From Eledone cirrhosa (taxonomy: Eukaryota): a stretch of 64,000 nt of DNA. This document shows, piece after piece, positions 55,858 through 64,000 of this stretch (positions are counted from its first letter, which is position 1; every line of letters starts with the position of its first letter). The stretch is from assembly GCA_964016885.1 (NCBI GenBank), contig OZ024741.1, positions 88,226,001 to 88,290,000 of the forward strand, written 5' to 3'. The notes below the pieces were generated by a model that saw only the letters and a program-made list of their open reading frames with translations, had not been told where the DNA came from and searched no databases. A program made the position numbers and the translations under genes.

Positions 55858-55932
55858 TATTTATATATATATATACATATATATATACATATATATATAT
55901 ATATACATATATATTTATATATATATATATAC

Positions 55933-55977
<45 letters not shown>

Positions 55978-56008
55978 TATATACATATATATATACATAT
56001 ATATATAC

Positions 56009-56043
<35 letters not shown>

Positions 56044-56056
56044 CATATATATATAC

Positions 56057-56089
<33 letters not shown>

Positions 56090-56093
56090 CATA

Positions 56094-56126
<33 letters not shown>

Positions 56127-56197
56127 CATATATATATTTTATACATATATATATACATATATACATATATATATATATACATATATATATACATATA

Positions 56198-56544
<347 letters not shown>

Positions 56545-56545
56545 C

Positions 56546-56648
<103 letters not shown>

Positions 56649-56860
56649 CATATATATATATACATATATATATACATATATATATATACATATATATACA
56701 TATATATATATACATATATATACATATATATATATACATATATATACATATATATATATACATATATATAAACATATATATATATACATATATATAAATA
56801 TATACATATATATAAACATATATATATATACATATACATATATATACATATATATATATT

Positions 56861-56924
<64 letters not shown>

Positions 56925-57019
56925 ATACATATATATATATATATACATATATATACATATATATATATATTACATATATATATATATATATACATATATA
57001 AACATATACATATATATAC

Positions 57020-57052
<33 letters not shown>

Positions 57053-57144
57053 CATACATATTCAACAGATCTATGTACAAAATTATAGTTTGTATAATTT
57101 TGTATAATTTTGTATAATTTTGTACATAGATCTGTTATATATAC

Positions 57145-57175
<31 letters not shown>

Positions 57176-57410
57176 CATATATATACATATATATATATAT
57201 ACATATATATATATACATATATATACATATATATATATACATATATATACATATATTATACATACATATATATACATATATATACATACATATATATACA
57301 TATATATATACATACATATATATACATATATATATACATACATATATATAGATATATATATACATATTATATACATATATATATACATATACATATATAT
57401 ATACATATAC

Positions 57411-57499
<89 letters not shown>

Positions 57500-57505
57500 C
57501 ATATA

Positions 57506-58328
57506 TCATCATCATCATCATCATCAACGTTTAACGTCCGTGTTCCACGCTTGCATGGGTTTGGACGGGGGTAGTCCCACTTGAGGCAAGAGTGATTGTC
57601 TTGCTCGCATAGGACTGTCTGGCAGGTTTTCTACAGTTGGATGCCCTTCCTAACACCAACCACATTTACAGTGTGGGTCTGGGAGGTTTTTACCGTGTTG
57701 CCTACACGGCCACATTACAGCGTGGACTGTGTGTTTTTTTGTCGTGACACCTACACGATCTCATTTGTTTCGGCCCGGATGGCGCGGCACCAACATAACT
57801 TTACATAGGACGGGGTGGTGTGGATGGGGTGGGGGTGGTGGTGGTGGGACGGGGTGTATTTTGTTAGAGATGCCTACTGGCAAGGCGGGTCTTCTCTGTT
57901 ACTGAGTACCGCCAAAGGTCTCGGTCCAGTGACATTGTCTTGGAGAGGTGTAAGTGTGTGAGGTCGGAGTTTATCAGCTCGTCCCAGGTTTTTCTAGGTC
58001 TGCCTATTCCGTGGCTACCGTCTATCTTTATTGCCCTGCACTTTGTTATACAGCTATCGACTTTCATGCGCATCACGTGTCCATACAACGTAGCCTTCTC
58101 TCGAGTAAACAACATCTGATCCCTCTTATCTCTAATTTTTTCCTTAGTTCGTTTATGCTTTGCCGTTCACGTATATTACTGTTACACATCCAGCGGAGCA
58201 TGCAAGCTTCGTTCCTCTCTAGTCTGCGTATATCCTCTGCACACAATGCCCAGGTCTCACTGCCATGCAACATTGCTGTTCGTATGCAGGCATCGTACAA
58301 CCTGCCTTTCATTTTTAGGGAGAACCCT
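57506..58328 (-). mobile_element. RTE family-A 3' piece (RLASRHL variant)
   Basis: CAT tail through GFSLKMKG. Confidence 0.9.
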
Positions 58329-58348
58329 ATACATATATATATATATAT

Positions 58349-58412
<64 letters not shown>

Positions 58413-58423
58413 GTATATACATA

Positions 58424-58494
<71 letters not shown>

Positions 58495-58621
58495 ATATAT
58501 ATATACATATATACATATATATACATATATACATACATATATATACATATATATATATACATATATATATATACATATATATATATACATATATATATAT
58601 ACATATACATATATATATATA

Positions 58622-59592
58622 CATCATCATCATCATCATCATCAGGTTTAGCGTCCGTGTTCCACGCTTGCATGGGTTTGGACGGGGGTTTTCCCACTTG
58701 AGGCAAGAGTGGTTGTCTTGCTCGCAATAGGACTGTCTGGCGGGTTTTCTACAGTTGGATGCCCTTCCTAACACCAACCACATTTACAGTGTGGGGCTGG
58801 GAGGTTTTTACCGTGTTGCCTACACGGCCACATTACAGCGTGGACTGTCTGGCGGGTTTTCTACAGCTGGATGCCCTTCCTAACACCAACCACATTTACA
58901 GTGTGGGGCTGGGAGGTTTTTACCGTGTTGCCTACACGGCCACATTTACAGCGTGGACTGTGTGTTTTTTGTCGTGACACCTACACGATCTCATTTGTTT
59001 CGGCCTGATGTTGTGGGACCAACATAACTTTACATTGAAAGGGGCGGTGTGGAGGGACGGGGGTGTGTTTTGATAGAGGTGCCTACTGACTGTAGTAGGT
59101 TTTTTACTTTGTATTTAGGTAAGGCGGGTCTTCTCTATTACTGAGTACCGCCAAAGGTCTCGGTCCAGTGACATTGTCTTGGAGAGGTGTAAGCGTGTGA
59201 GGTCGGAATTTATCAGCTCGTCCCATGTTTTTCTGGGTCTGCCTACTCCGTGGCTACCGTCTATCTTTATTGCCCTGCACTTTGTTATACAGCTGTCGTC
59301 TTTCATGCGCATCACGTGACCGTACCAACGTAGCCTTCTCTCGAGTAAACAACATCTGATCCCTCTTATTTCTAATTTTTTCCTTAGTTCGTTTATGCTT
59401 TGCCGTTCACGTATATTACTATTGCACATCCAGCAGAGCATGCAAGCTTCGTTCCTCTCTAGTCTGCGTATATCCTCTGCACACAATGCCCAGGTCTCAC
59501 TGCCATGCAGCATTGCTGTTCGTATGCAGGCATCGTATAACCTGCCTTTCATTTTTAGGGAGAACCCTCTAGCGGCTAATAGTGGTATAAGT
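58622..59592 (-). mobile_element. RTE family-A 3' piece with internal UTR duplication
   Basis: CAT tail; ~58735-58830 repeated at ~58845-58960; ORF up to LIPLLAARG. Confidence 0.9.
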
Positions 59593-59688
59593 ACATATAT
59601 ATATATAACATATATATTTATACATATATATATATACATATACATATATATATATACATATATATATATACATATATATTTATACATA

Positions 59689-59720
<32 letters not shown>

Positions 59721-59805
59721 CATATATATATATACATATATATATATACATATATATATATACATATATGTATATACATATATGTATAAACATATATGTA
59801 TATAC

Positions 59806-59836
<31 letters not shown>

Positions 59837-59913
59837 CATATATATATATACATATATATATATACATATACATATATATATACATATATATATATATACA
59901 TATATATATACAC

Positions 59914-59990
<77 letters not shown>

Positions 59991-59995
59991 CATAT

Positions 59996-60056
<61 letters not shown>

Positions 60057-60057
60057 A

Positions 60058-60142
<85 letters not shown>

Positions 60143-60156
60143 TTATATATATATAC

Positions 60157-60311
<155 letters not shown>

Positions 60312-60312
60312 C

Positions 60313-60365
<53 letters not shown>

Positions 60366-60381
60366 CATATATATATATATA

Positions 60382-60458
<77 letters not shown>

Positions 60459-60467
60459 CATATATAT

Positions 60468-60539
<72 letters not shown>

Positions 60540-60550
60540 ATATATAATAT

Positions 60551-61702
<1,152 letters not shown>

Positions 61703-61770
61703 TAATTCCTATGTATATATATATATGTATATATATATGTATATATATATATGTATATTATATATATATG

Positions 61771-61801
<31 letters not shown>

Positions 61802-61808
61802 GTATATA

Positions 61809-61871
<63 letters not shown>

Positions 61872-61888
61872 GTATATATATATGTATA

Positions 61889-61938
<50 letters not shown>

Positions 61939-61945
61939 TATATAC

Positions 61946-62058
<113 letters not shown>

Positions 62059-62059
62059 C

Positions 62060-62090
<31 letters not shown>

Positions 62091-62093
62091 CAA

Positions 62094-62177
<84 letters not shown>

Positions 62178-62310
62178 CATATATATATACATATATATAT
62201 ATACATATATATATATATACATATATATATATACATATATATATATATACATATATATATACATATATATATACATATATATATATACATATATATATAT
62301 ACATATATAT

Positions 62311-62351
<41 letters not shown>

Positions 62352-62358
62352 TATATAC

Positions 62359-62393
<35 letters not shown>

Positions 62394-62406
62394 CATATAT
62401 ATATAC

Positions 62407-62693
<287 letters not shown>

Positions 62694-62726
62694 TATATAC
62701 ATATATATATATATACATATATATAC

Positions 62727-62769
<43 letters not shown>

Positions 62770-62840
62770 TATATACATATATATATATACATATATATAT
62801 ACATATATATATATATGTATATATATACATATATATATAC

Positions 62841-62892
<52 letters not shown>

Positions 62893-62893
62893 G

Positions 62894-62932
<39 letters not shown>

Positions 62933-62992
62933 GTATATATATATATATATGTATATATATATGTATATACATATATATATATATATATATAC

Positions 62993-63027
<35 letters not shown>

Positions 63028-63118
63028 CATATATATATACATATATATATATATACATATATATATACATATATATATACATATATATATATATACATAT
63101 ATATATATACATATATAT

Positions 63119-63149
<31 letters not shown>

Positions 63150-63150
63150 C

Positions 63151-63959
<809 letters not shown>

Positions 63960-64000
63960 TACATATATATATATATATATGTATGTATATATATATATAT

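Overview
AT-rich animal genomic DNA, probably a cephalopod (octopus-like SINEs, RTE LINEs, huge TA microsatellites; inference). 1-32 kb holds the last eight coding exons of an NRBP/Madm pseudokinase gene (+). Its introns contain two full-length RTE LINEs with a PHD finger inserted in the RT (one apparently intact, one lacking a catalytic Asp), truncated RTEs, a non-autonomous Helitron, MITEs, SINEs and a Penelope-like (GIY-YIG) remnant. Three type I hammerhead-like motifs lie in the first 6.3 kb. One has a near-intact core and an unusually long stem II. From about 42 kb to the end, the window is a ~22 kb patchwork of irregular (TA)n/TACA arrays that switch strand polarity. It is studded with locally re-copied or inverted LINE pieces, an RMND5-like first exon, and a LINE/Penelope chimera. 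The long Ile/Tyr ORFs are microsatellite artefacts.
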